This document shows positions 1 to 11,029 of a DNA stretch of 64,000 nucleotides, piece after piece (position 1 is the stretch's first letter; the number at the start of each line of letters is the position of its first letter). Origin of the DNA: Eledone cirrhosa (Eukaryota); NCBI GenBank assembly GCA_964016885.1, contig OZ024742.1:341620001-341684000 (forward strand). Direction: 5' to 3'. The notes beneath the pieces are model-generated. The model saw nothing but the letters and a program-made list of their open reading frames with translations. It was not told where the DNA came from and did no database searches. The position numbers and the translations under genes were made by a program.

Positions 1-545
1 TTAGACACGGAACTCCAAATACCTGATACTACAAAAACTCAGCAATGTCCAGTAGTGCTAAGTTTAATATTCTGATAGCAGACTTGGTACGAGTGATGAA
101 GAACGTGTCCCGCATGTGCGACCCAACTGAAATGGAAAGACACATCCAACTCTTCATCAACCGCCTGCAGTTCTCTGGCTACAACCAAAGAGACAGAATC
201 AGAATATACAAAGGACCCACGGAACATGAAAGGAATTTTCCCATTATACAGGAGTAAATCATGGAATAGCTTAGACAGGACTAAACATAAGATAAGGAAA
301 GCCACTTCATGGTACGCCAACAAGAGATACCAGAGTGTCATGTTCGTGGATGTTACCCCTGGGGGAAAATTAGCTAACCAATGTAGAAAGGCCATAAGAT
401 AGACCCACTTAAAGATTAAAGTGGTAGAAAAGCCAGGAACTACCATAAAATCCCTGATCAGCAAAACATACCCCTTTAAGAAAACCCACTGTACTAATAA
501 GAAATGTGTTATATGTAAAATGAACCCCCAGACGAACACACACAC
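1..545 (+). mobile_element. Degenerate Penelope-like element fragment (RT thumb/linker region up to a Cys cluster), with a frameshift and an in-frame stop; truncated by the window start
   Basis: ORF 45-257 reads SAMSSSAKFNILIADLVRVMKN...RLQFSGY. Another frame continues SVMFVDVTPGGKLANQCRKAIR*THLKIKVVEKPGTTIKSLISKTYPFKKTHCTNKKCVIC. Both resemble the post-RT region of Neptune-type PLEs as I recall it. Confidence 0.7.
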
Positions 546-886
546 CAAACATTATACACACACGCAAACGCAAACGCAGAGACGGAGACAAAAATAAATA
601 AATAAAATAAAAATGGCGTAAACATTACAATACAATATAATAGGAGGGAACATGATAATAGTACCACTGATGATGTTGCAGATGTGCAACGAAATAACAT
701 TGTTAGACTATATATATATATTTATATTTGTATGTTTATCCGTTGGTCAATCAATGATAAACATTGATTGCCAAATAATTTAACTATGGAGATATAAAAC
801 ATACAGAAGCAAAAACCAACCAAACAGTGAGTGTGTTCTGTTATTATTTCTGGGAATATTATTACAATATGATCCTCCCCAAGTAT

Positions 887-1183
<297 letters not shown>

Positions 1184-1274
1184 AAGGTTAAACAAGGTTC
1201 AATGAATAAATAAGAGAATTAGTTTTACAATAGATTGGAAGCACTCAACAAGAATGGTTTTCCGGAGTTATTAA

Positions 1275-1395
1275 TATTAATTCAAAAATATTAACAAAAA
1301 TAGAACTTCTTGTGATCAAGTATATTTTACTGAAATATGTATAATAAAATATACTTGATCACTAGAAGTTCTATTTTTGTTAATATTTTGAATTA

Positions 1396-1398
<3 letters not shown>
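1275..1398. repeat. ~55-bp near-perfect inverted repeat with a 15-nt loop
   Basis: Arms 1275-1329 and 1345-1398 differ by one mismatch and one 1-bp indel; the loop is CTGAAATATGTATAA. Confidence 0.95.
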
Positions 1399-1718
<320 letters not shown>

Positions 1719-1722
1719 ATGA

Positions 1723-3609
1723 GACTTTCTAGGAAAGTCGGACAAAACCAATAATCTTTATGGAATGCAGAAGGATATTTATAACGCTCTTATATTAAAG
1801 GAATTAAGGAAGAAGTACAAAATAACTACTGACGACCTTGAAAAATTGAATACAGACGCTTCTTACATAATGCAGGATTTAGGCATTGAAAATAGGACTC
1901 AACCCTTCATGCCAAGGAAACCAAAAATGAATATGAAAGACCACAAAAGGAACTTTGAAATTGACTTACCAGTTAGATTAATTGCACCATCTAAATCGGA
2001 CTTTGGCATACTTAGCAAGAACATTTTAGACAGAATCATACCACAAATTAAAGAATTATCTTATTTAAAATTATGGAAAGGAACTAACGAAGTTATCGAA
2101 TGGTTTAAAGACATTAAATATAATTATAATAATAAGTTTATTCAATTGGATATTGCTAATTATTACTCATTTATCACTCCTAATCTACTTAATAAAGCAC
2201 TAACATATGCATTTAAACATACAGACTTAACTAGTAATGAAATGCACATTATCTTAACGGCGCGGAAAACATTAATTAAATTTAACAACCAACTCTGGAC
2301 TATAGCAGATAGAGATAATAATTTTGATGTCACTATGGGGTCATCGGATTCCGCCCAGGTAACGGATCTTGTGGGGCTTTTTATAAATAATACTCTACAC
2401 AGAAAAATACCGGAGATGACTGGAGGTTTATATCGCGACGATATGCTTTTATTTATCGAAAATAATAACTGTGAATTAAATAGGAAAAGAAAAGAAATTA
2501 TACAATTTTTTAATTACCTTAATCTTAAAGTAGAAATAGAGAATAATTATAAAATAGTTAACTTTCTAGATGTAAGCTTAAACCTTAACACATGTCTTCA
2601 TTATCCATTTCACAAATTAAACGAGAACTTAAACTACGTTAATTTTATCTCCAATCACCCCAGATCCGTTAAAAATACTATAGTAAATTCTGTACAGCAA
2701 CGCATTTCTAGAATTTCGGATAATAAGAATATTTTTGATGATAAAGCGAAATATTACAACGAAGCGTTAAGTAGAGCTGGATATAGTAATAAAATTAAAT
2801 ACATTGATAATAATAATATAACAACTAACCATAATCTTAACAATTTTAACAACTATAATAGAAAACCTTACAATAATTCGATAAACAAAAAAAGAAATAG
2901 AACTAGGAATGTATTATGGTTCGCTCCTCCTTTCTCATTAAATATTAAAACTCCTATAGCTAAACTATTCTTTAAAGCTCTTCACAAATGCTTCCCTAGA
3001 ATACATAGATATTACTCAATATTTAATAGACATACTATAAAATTAACTTATTCAACCACCAGTAATTTAGCGCAGAATATTAATAGAATTAATAATAGAA
3101 ATTTAAAACCTAACCAGAATACCATTAACAACACCAGCAATATCCAATTTAATAACACGGCTCCTAGTAACTTGAATTTTGATAAATGTAACTGTAGAAA
3201 CAAATATAACTGTCCGTTAAATAACAATTGTTTAACTAAAAATATAGTATATAATTGTAATGTAAAAACTAATTTAAATTCATTTAATTATGTAGGTTCT
3301 ACTTCCACAGACTTCAAATCTCGTTTTAATAACCATAAATGCTTTTTTACGAATATAAATAAAAAATCTTCAACTTCTCTATCTAGCTTACTATGGGACC
3401 TAAAATTAAAGAACATTAACTATTCTTTACTTTGGAATATTATCTCCAAAGCTCCTCCATTCAATTCTTCTTCCGAAAATTGTGCTCTTTGTATAGAGGA
3501 AATATTCTTTATATTAAAGAGCAAACATTCTGTGAATCTAAGAAACAATCTTTTCAGTTGCTGCAAACATAGATTGAATTCAACGTTTAAATATAAATTT
3601 AAAATGTAA
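1723..3609 (+). CDS. Penelope-like reverse transcriptase with C-terminal GIY-YIG endonuclease; N-terminally truncated (first ATG at 1765)
   Basis: SDKTNNLY lies upstream of the ATG. RT motifs: IQLDIANYY, FDVTMGS, GLYRDD, VNFLDV, SNHP. Linker: WFAPPFS and CNCR..CPL...CL. Endonuclease: NIVY...YVGST..FKSRFNNH...CALCIEE...CKH. No stops or frameshifts. Confidence 0.95.
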   Translation, partial: DFLGKSDKTNNLYGMQKDIYNALILKELRKKYKITTDDLEKLNTDASYIMQDLGIENRTQPFMPRKPKMNMKDHKRNFEIDLPVRLIAPSKSDFGILSKNILDRIIPQIKELSYLKLWKGTNEVIEWFKDIKYNYNNKFIQLDIANYYSFITPNLLNKALTYAFKHTDLTSNEMHIILTARKTLIKFNNQLWTIADRDNNFDVTMGSSDSAQVTDLVGLFINNTLHRKIPEMTGGLYRDDMLLFIENNNCELNRKRKEIIQFFNYLNLKVEIENNYKIVNFLDVSLNLNTCLHYPFHKLNENLNYVNFISNHPRSVKNTIVNSVQQRISRISDNKNIFDDKAKYYNEALSRAGYSNKIKYIDNNNITTNHNLNNFNNYNRKPYNNSINKKRNRTRNVLWFAPPFSLNIKTPIAKLFFKALHKCFPRIHRYYSIFNRHTIKLTYSTTSNLAQNINRINNRNLKPNQNTINNTSNIQFNNTAPSNLNFDKCNCRNKYNCPLNNNCLTKNIVYNCNVKTNLNSFNYVGSTSTDFKSRFNNHKCFFTNINKKSSTSLSSLLWDLKLKNINYSLLWNIISKAPPFNSSSENCALCIEEIFFILKSKHSVNLRNNLFSCCKHRLNSTFKYKFKM

Positions 3610-4420
3610 TATATAACTCATCTTATTAAAACCTAACGATAAATCACTAGATTCCTTCGTACGACTGCCAAAAACTCTCTTAAATGAGGAAAAAATTTTC
3701 ATTGAAAATTCTTCTTACTTAAAGTTTTTTAAAAAAATGGATATATAAAAAATTATTTAAAAAATTAAGAAAAGCATACTGAAAGTTTAAAAAAAAAAAA
3801 AAAAAGGGGTTTTTGATTAATTCCTCTGATGGATATATAGAAAGTTATAATTCATATTTTATACTGTGTTTATACTGTGTTTTTTCTATGTATTCTTATA
3901 TATATTTTTTTAAAGCTACATTTTTTGGAATTATATTGCTTAAAAATTACATTTCTTAAAAATATAATTCCTTTTAAAATTATATAATTATATTTTTTTT
4001 TAAATTGTAATTCCTTTTTTAAAAATTGTAATTCCTTGTAAAAGTATAATCCTTTTAAAATTATAACACATTTTTATTTTATTTTATAGTATGTATTTTG
4101 TATTTATATATATATATGTATATATGTATTTGTATGTGTGTATATGTATGAATATGTATATATGTGTGTATATGTGCCTATCCATGTATGTATGTCTATG
4201 TATATGTGGGTCTATATATATCGAAATGTATAATTTTGAATGCATTCTATGAATGAACTCATGTAAAAAGGTTTTTTACGGTTTATGCTTTAGATATATT
4301 CTTAAGAAAAACTTTAAATATTAAGACGTTATAGTAAACAAACTCATATTTTAACAGGCACAACTATATAACAAGTGGATCTATAAAATATATAAATTTT
4401 ATAACTTACTATAAAATAAT

Positions 4421-4597
4421 TGTTTCTACTTTTGGCACAAGGCTAGCAATTATAAAGGCCAGTGCATTACTGGTACTTTATTTTTTCGACCCCGTAAGGA
4501 TGAAAGGCAAAGTTAACCTTGGCGGGATTTGAACTCAAAGGAACGTAACTATGCTGGAAAGCATGGCGTCCGACACTCAACCGATACTGCCAATCCC
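4421..4597 (-). mobile_element. tRNA-derived SINE (family A) inserted in the PLE 3' UTR, with a 12-bp target-site duplication (TSD)
   Basis: Minus strand has A-box-like TGGCAGTATCGG, B-box GAGTTCAAATCC and the core GCCTTTCATCCTTACGGGGTCGA...GTACCAG. TSD CTATAAAATAAT at 4409-4420 and 4598-4609. Confidence 0.9.
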
Positions 4598-4914
4598 CTA
4601 TAAAATAATATAAGGTTCTCTTATTATCTTAACTTTTTTTATCATCTTAACTTTTATAACATTTAATCATTAGAACTATCTAAATTACAAATAAATCAAT
4701 TAATTTCCCCTCACGCTGTATTGCTATTACTAAGAAGAGTTTTTCTTCAGTAAAATCTCTGAACATTCCTACATTTTAAACATATATTTTGTCATTTCTT
4801 ATAAGTTTTATTGTTAATTGAAAAATTAATAATAAATTGTTGGTTGATGATTAATAATAAATTTATGTAAGATTATGTAATAATGACATATATTTTAATA
4901 ATATTTTTTGATGG

Positions 4915-5040
<126 letters not shown>

Positions 5041-5258
5041 TATTCTTTTAATAAAATATAGATCTCAATTTTTAATTTTTAATTTTTTATTTATAGATCT
5101 CAATAATTTAATCAAATTTAAACAATAGATAAATTTCTCCGGTTACTACTATTTATTTATTTATTTATCTATACACGCTAACTCATCCAACTATATATTT
5201 ATCTTTTCGCTTCATCATTTCATAAAACTACTTTAATATAACACTCTCTCACTTAGGG

Positions 5259-5392
5259 TTTTCTCTCTTTCTCTTTCTCTTTCTCTTTCTCTTTCTCTTT
5301 CTTCTTTTGTTTTTTCCTATTCCTTTTCCTTTTCTTTTCTTTTCTTTTCTTTTCTTTTCTTTTCTTTTCTTTTCTTTTCTTTTCTTTTCTTT
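5259..5392. repeat. (CTTTCT)n/(CTTTT)n pyrimidine tract
   Basis: Directly visible. Confidence 0.95.
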
Positions 5393-5593
5393 GGGTTTGC
5401 TCTTTTTTCTCCTTTTCGTTTCCCTATTCCAACGGCTTAATTTAAATGTATGGGATTTAAACCTCTCCGACACTAATTTGCATAATAGACCAATAATAAA
5501 ATTAGTAACCCCACTATCCGGGAGCTTCCAACAGACATGGTCGCAATCTTTTAAGGGTATGTCAATATTTGTTTATAAAACTGATCTATATTA

Positions 5594-5658
5594 TATTTTA
5601 TCTGATGAAAGCGCACCATAATTTGCTTTGGTGTCCTTGAAATATGTATAATGAAATA
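5594..5658 (+). ncRNA. Minimal type I hammerhead ribozyme motif in the PLE pseudo-LTR
   Basis: Stem I TATTTTAT/ATGAAATA; CTGATGA at 5602-5608; stem II AAGcGCACCA/TGGTGTcCTT; GAAA at 5639-5642; short palindromic stem III ATATGTAT; predicted AUA cleavage after 5650. Confidence 0.7.
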
Positions 5659-5789
5659 AATATGGTTATATAAATATAGTTTCCATTTATTAATATATTG
5701 TATTTTTACTCCAATAATTTGTTGAGTGCTTTATATCAGTTATAAAAATATTTGCTTGTTGTATCCCAACAAATTAAATATAACTTCTA

Positions 5790-5790
5790 C

Positions 5791-5822
<32 letters not shown>

Positions 5823-5956
5823 ATATATAAATACATATATATATACATATACATATATATATATTCATATGTATGTATATATATATGTAGTGTGTGTGTG
5901 TGTATATAAATACATATATATATATATACATATACATATATATATATATTCATATG

Positions 5957-6014
<58 letters not shown>

Positions 6015-6039
6015 TATATGTATATATGTGAATATATAA

Positions 6040-6099
<60 letters not shown>

Positions 6100-6136
6100 G
6101 TATATATATATATTGAGAGAGAGTGAGAGAGACAGC
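5790..6136. repeat. Compound (TA)n/(TG)n/(GA)n microsatellite
   Basis: Directly visible. Confidence 0.95.
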
Positions 6137-6288
6137 GAGAGGTGCATGTGTGTCACTCATGTTCTATATATGCAATGTTTAGAATAAGGAGAGGGTGACA
6201 GTTATGGCAATAATGGTCTGGCTACAATATGTTGAATATTTCTCAGATGAATTATTTGGCATCTTGATGGCTACATTGTTACGTCGTT

Positions 6289-6805
6289 TGGTGGTGGTGG
6301 TGGTGGTGGTGGTGGTAGTGGTGGTGGTGGTGGTGGTGGTGGTGGTGGTCGTCGTCGTCGTCGTCGTGGTGATGGGGGGTGATAGTGGTGGTGGTGGTGG
6401 TGATGGCGATGGTGGTAGTAGTGGTGATGGTGGTGGTGGTGGTGGTGGTGGTGGTGGTGGTGGTGGTGGTGGTGGTGGTGGCGGTGGTAGTGGTGATGGT
6501 GGTAGTGGTGGTGGTGATGGTGGTGACGATGGGGGGGTCATGGTGGTAGTGGTGGTGGTGGTGGTGATAGTGGTTCTGTGTGTGGGTGTGTGGGGAGTAG
6601 GGGTGATGGTGGTGGTGGTGGTGGTGGTGGTGGTGGTGGTGGTGGTGGTGGTGGTGGTGTTTGTGGTAGTGGTGTTCATGGTGGTGCTTGTGTTGTTAGG
6701 GGTGGTCATGGTGGTGGTGGTGGTGGTGGTGTGGTCGTGGTGGGGAAGTAGGGAAAATTGGTCAGTCAGTGAAACAGTTTCTACGAAAACATTGACAGGA
6801 TGAAC

Positions 6806-6846
<41 letters not shown>

Positions 6847-6850
6847 ATAA

Positions 6851-6898
<48 letters not shown>

Positions 6899-6974
6899 CA
6901 TCAGCAGCAGTAGCAGTAGTAGTAGTAGTAGCAGCAGAAGTAACAGTAGCAGCAGCAGCATTAGCAGTAGTAGT

Positions 6975-7034
<60 letters not shown>
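6289..7034. repeat. (GGT)n block followed by (AGT)n/(AGC)n trinucleotide blocks
   Basis: Directly visible; source of the poly-V/G/L/T ORFs. Confidence 0.95.
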
Positions 7035-7035
<1 letters not shown>

Positions 7036-7583
7036 TCTGAAGTGCTTCAGTATTTAGTATGTGTTGTCATCAAACAGTGAATGTGTCGCCTTCAACAACC
7101 AAACCTACTGACGACCTATGTTGGAATATTGAAAGGTAGTTATTACTAAAATAAATAAACAAATAAATAGATAACTAAAATAAGATATAATAAATAAAAA
7201 TAAACATTTCGCATCCTTCGCTGTTAATTCTCACCTTCTAAGTATAGTTTTATAGCTAACAATGGAACAAATATATCTTAGAGGTGGTTCTAGTCCACAA
7301 TAACTCCCGTCATTACGTCAATTCTTATTCTTTACTGCGGCACCCAGACACTTTTCTATAAATGTTGATTCTCTTTTGGTTTTGTGTTTTTGTTTTCTGG
7401 AGGCTGTGGTGACGGCGGGGGCATGGATTTTTTACTTTGTCTTTGTGTTGTATTTTTTTTTTGTTCGTTACTTTTTTTTCTTTTTTTTTGTGGTGGGGGC
7501 GGGGGCTTTTCTTGTTTTTCGATTTCTTTTCTATTTATGTTTTGCAGTGTTTATGTAATGTATGTATTCATACATATATACAT

Positions 7584-8286
7584 GGTGGCTACAAACTCGT
7601 TTTCGAGTACGGCCACTACTTTATATCCCTGTAGGAGAACCCCTACCGATGTGCTGAACGAGTGTGACTTTTTAGTCCAGCCAGCGACTTGAAAACTCTG
7701 GTACAAACACTACACTTGTGACAATTATTGACACCTAGTGCTGGGCCCATGGTACCATGTGACCCAAGGTGTCGTGTGAGATCACTACTCGACCTGCATA
7801 CCCTTCCACAAACATTACATGTCGTCGTCTGATGAACACTTATAGCTCCACAGGTGCCTGCTTCCCTGTTCTTGTGCACTCTCAGGTAACTCTTTAGACC
7901 TGCCATGCTCAGACAAACCCTATTACAGGTCTCACATGTCAGGTCAGGCCGTTTGTCAGTGCCTTCGAGAAGGCCAACATGGATTCCTTTCTGGACATCT
8001 CTTTTTAGTGTCGCGTGCCTTCTTCTTGTTTCCTCAAATAGACTCTTGCCACCAGCCACTGCTTTCCTCCAATGCGATCGGTCGCTAGCGCATGCTTCCC
8101 AGTGCCACAAGGGATGTTACTTTTCTTGAGCGCCCCCTTCATGCAGTCCTTAAAACGCATCTTGGGTTTGCTCGCGTTCTTTTTTCCCATTTGGAGCACG
8201 CCATAAAGCAGCTGCTCCGGCATTCGCTTGTCATTCATCCTTACAAGATGGCCTGTCCAGCGCAGCTGATGTTTCAAAATCAAGGA
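7584..8286 (-). mobile_element. 5'-truncated RTE-type LINE 3' end with three C2H2 zinc fingers; one frameshift; embedded in (CATA)n
   Basis: QLRWTGHLVRMNDKRMPEQLLYG...PKMRFKD then WEACASDRSHWR; fingers CETC..SYLRVH (degenerate), CNVC..HLGSH and CSVC..HTRSAH; stop at 7643; 3' tail of ATGT-type repeats. Confidence 0.9.
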
Positions 8287-8353
8287 CATACATACATACA
8301 TACATACATACATACATACATACATACATACATACATACATACATACATACAT
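8287..8353. repeat. (CATA)n microsatellite
   Basis: Directly visible. Confidence 0.95.
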
Positions 8354-8936
8354 GTTAGAACTCGAAAACTTCTCAGTGTTGCTGGTAACTTTAACATCAA
8401 TGGTGATGTGGATAGGCTATACTTCTCACGCAAGGAAGGTGGCCGGGGTCTAAAATCAATATTAACAACATATGAGACCCGGATAGTAACACTGAAGCAA
8501 CACCTTCAACAGAGGAAAAAGGTTGGCAACCATCTTGCCCAGGTTTATGAGCATGAAAAAAGAAATATCATTAGAATAGCGACTGATCTGGAGGAGAGAT
8601 ATGGAATAAAGCCTGATATAAATCTCTCACCCAGAGAAATCGGAAGATCCTATTCAATGTTCAAACAAGATAAGAAAATTGACCAATTTACAGGAGTTGT
8701 GCATGGATACTTGAGGCGTAAAACACAGACCATAGAGGGGATAAACCACTCAAAAAGCCTGGCATGGAGATCCGACAAGTTTATGACATCACACCTTGAG
8801 GGATATCTCTATGCAATACAGGAACAAGAACTCCCTACCAAATATCTGCTGCACAAAAGAGGAGGGCCAGCAGCTGACAATAAATGTAGGCTATGTAAAA
8901 CAAAGATCGAGGATGTAAGCCACATTGAAAGAATGT
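8354..8936 (+). mobile_element. R4/Dong-like non-LTR retrotransposon fragment (post-RT region to the zinc knuckle)
   Basis: DRLYFSRKEGGRGL...EGYLYAIQEQELPT...CRLCKTKIEDVSHI. Confidence 0.9.
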
Positions 8937-8960
8937 ATGTATGTATGTATGTATGTATGT

Positions 8961-9560
8961 TTTCTCTTTCTCTTAATTTCGAGTATATTTTTTTGACCGG
9001 CCACCTTCCTGGTGGCAAGGTTGTAAAAGAAAAGAAATTGTCATCCCTTGAATCGCAAGAATGTTTTGCAAATTTTGAAGGTGCCAGCTATCGCAGCCAT
9101 TTTCAGACTATGAATTAGGGAGCTGCGCTTTTTGTCCGCAAATCCAAGTTCAGTCATACTTTGGTCCAAGCGGGTTGGTATATAACCCGTAGCACCAATA
9201 ATGATGGGTATGAAGCTAAAGGTGTATCTTGGATACTGGATTTGTAAACTCCTCATCAATGGTCCGTAGATGTCCTCCTTCTCCTGTATTTTTCTGACAA
9301 CGTTTACATCAAGTGGGCAGCTGATCTCCACAACAGAACACGTTTTCAATGTGTGGTCCCAAACTACAATATCAGGCCGGTTGTGCTTTAATTTGGTGGC
9401 AGTTTTTATTTTCAGGTTCCACCAGTATTCCTTAGTGCCATCTGTCTCAATATATTCTTCCTCGTTTGTTGTTAATTTTGTTTTCCGAAGTGCGTTCCAG
9501 ATGGTTCTAGCTATCCCAGCGTGTCTCATGGGAGGTAGTAGCGAGATGACATTCTTTCGC
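8961..9560 (-). mobile_element. R4/Dong-like 3' fragment: restriction-like PD-(D/E)xK endonuclease, 3' UTR and (CATA)n tail
   Basis: MRH...WWN...HNRPDIVVWD...VVEISCP...EKEDIY...PIIIGATG; stop at 9041. Confidence 0.9.
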
Positions 9561-9613
9561 GTATGTATGTATGTATGTATGTATGTACATACATACATAC
9601 ATACATACATACA

Positions 9614-9645
<32 letters not shown>

Positions 9646-9763
9646 CGTGTGTTGTATTGAAGCGAATAACTGTGTATAATCTGGGAATATATCCTACATT
9701 GCCTATTGAGTACGCTGAGATACAACCGGTCCTGGCATTGATAAATATGCTCGGTCAACTCCT

Positions 9764-9798
<35 letters not shown>

Positions 9799-9799
9799 A

Positions 9800-10608
9800 A
9801 TAAGGGCGCTGCGGAGTTGCAAATGGGTTACATATGAAAAAAGTTTGTCCTTCATCAGTGATCTTCCAACCATCATAGGCATTTCATCGCTTTAAAGACC
9901 ATATACCTCCGGTTGGTGCGAGCAACGGCTAAAAAAAGTCGTTGGGACACGTAAATAAAGGGGACGCGAGGGTAAACAAACAAAATGGTGAAGCAACAGA
10001 AAGTGAGGAAGAAAGAGACAAGTCCCAGATTTCTATGAATTTAAATTCGGTGAAATCGTGAACGAGAGAATAAAGACCATCAAACCTGGTTGAAATGTGA
10101 GCAAGGAAAGAATTTCGCACAGGTCTAACAGGAGGAAGAAGGGGTCTGGTCTGCGAATTCAGTAAACATAAGTTCTGTGAAATCATAGACGAGAGAGAGA
10201 AAAAATTCATACCAGCTTGGCCGAGCGTGCGAGAGAAAAGAATTACACACAGGTCAAACGGGAAGAAAGAGGAGGAGGAGAGGTAGTGACAGAGAATGAG
10301 TGAGTGAAGGGTGAGGAAGAGGCTAACAGAGAGAGAGACTGCTAGAAAGGGTAAAGATACATAGAACGAAAAAGACGGGTAGCAGCAGAGGAAAAAATAT
10401 GTGTAAATATGATAAGGGCGCTCGGGGTTGCAAATGGGTTACATATGAAAAAAGTTTGTCCTTCATCAGTGATCTTCCAACCATCATAGGCATTTCATCG
10501 CTTTAAAGACCATATACCTCCGGTTGGTGCGAGCAACGGCTAAAAAAAAGTCGTTGGGACACGTAAATAAAGGGGACGCGAGGGTAAACAAATAAAATGG
10601 TGAAGCAA
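9800..10608. mobile_element. Non-coding element bounded by ~197-bp direct repeats (period ~612 bp), between (TA)n tracts
   Basis: 9800-9996 and 10412-10608 are near-identical; each has CTGATGAAGG on the minus strand. Confidence 0.7.
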
Positions 10609-10783
10609 ATATATATATTTACACACACACACGTGTGTGTGTGTATGTTTGTGTATATATATGTATAAATACATATTTGTATATATGCATATATAAATAT
10701 CTATATATATGTATGTGTGTGCGCATGAATATATACACACACACATACACACACACACACACATACACAGACAAACACACACT

Positions 10784-10826
<43 letters not shown>

Positions 10827-11029
10827 GAATAGGGAAATGAGGTTCTATACTAAACAGTGGTTATAGAGAAAAGGTGAGATTGGAAATAGCACTGAAAATA
10901 TATTTAAGTATCGGTTTTTCTTTTTTTTTTTCTTTCTTTCATTCGTCAAAGTGGCATTATTGAAAAATGAGAGGGACAATTCTTTTTAAAAAAGAGTTTT
11001 ATAATTCATATAAAGTATATAAAGTATTA

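Noticed and set aside
7643-8110. Host C2H2 zinc-finger gene
   Set aside because: Contiguous with an RTE RT C-terminus and followed by a retroelement tail, so transposon-derived.
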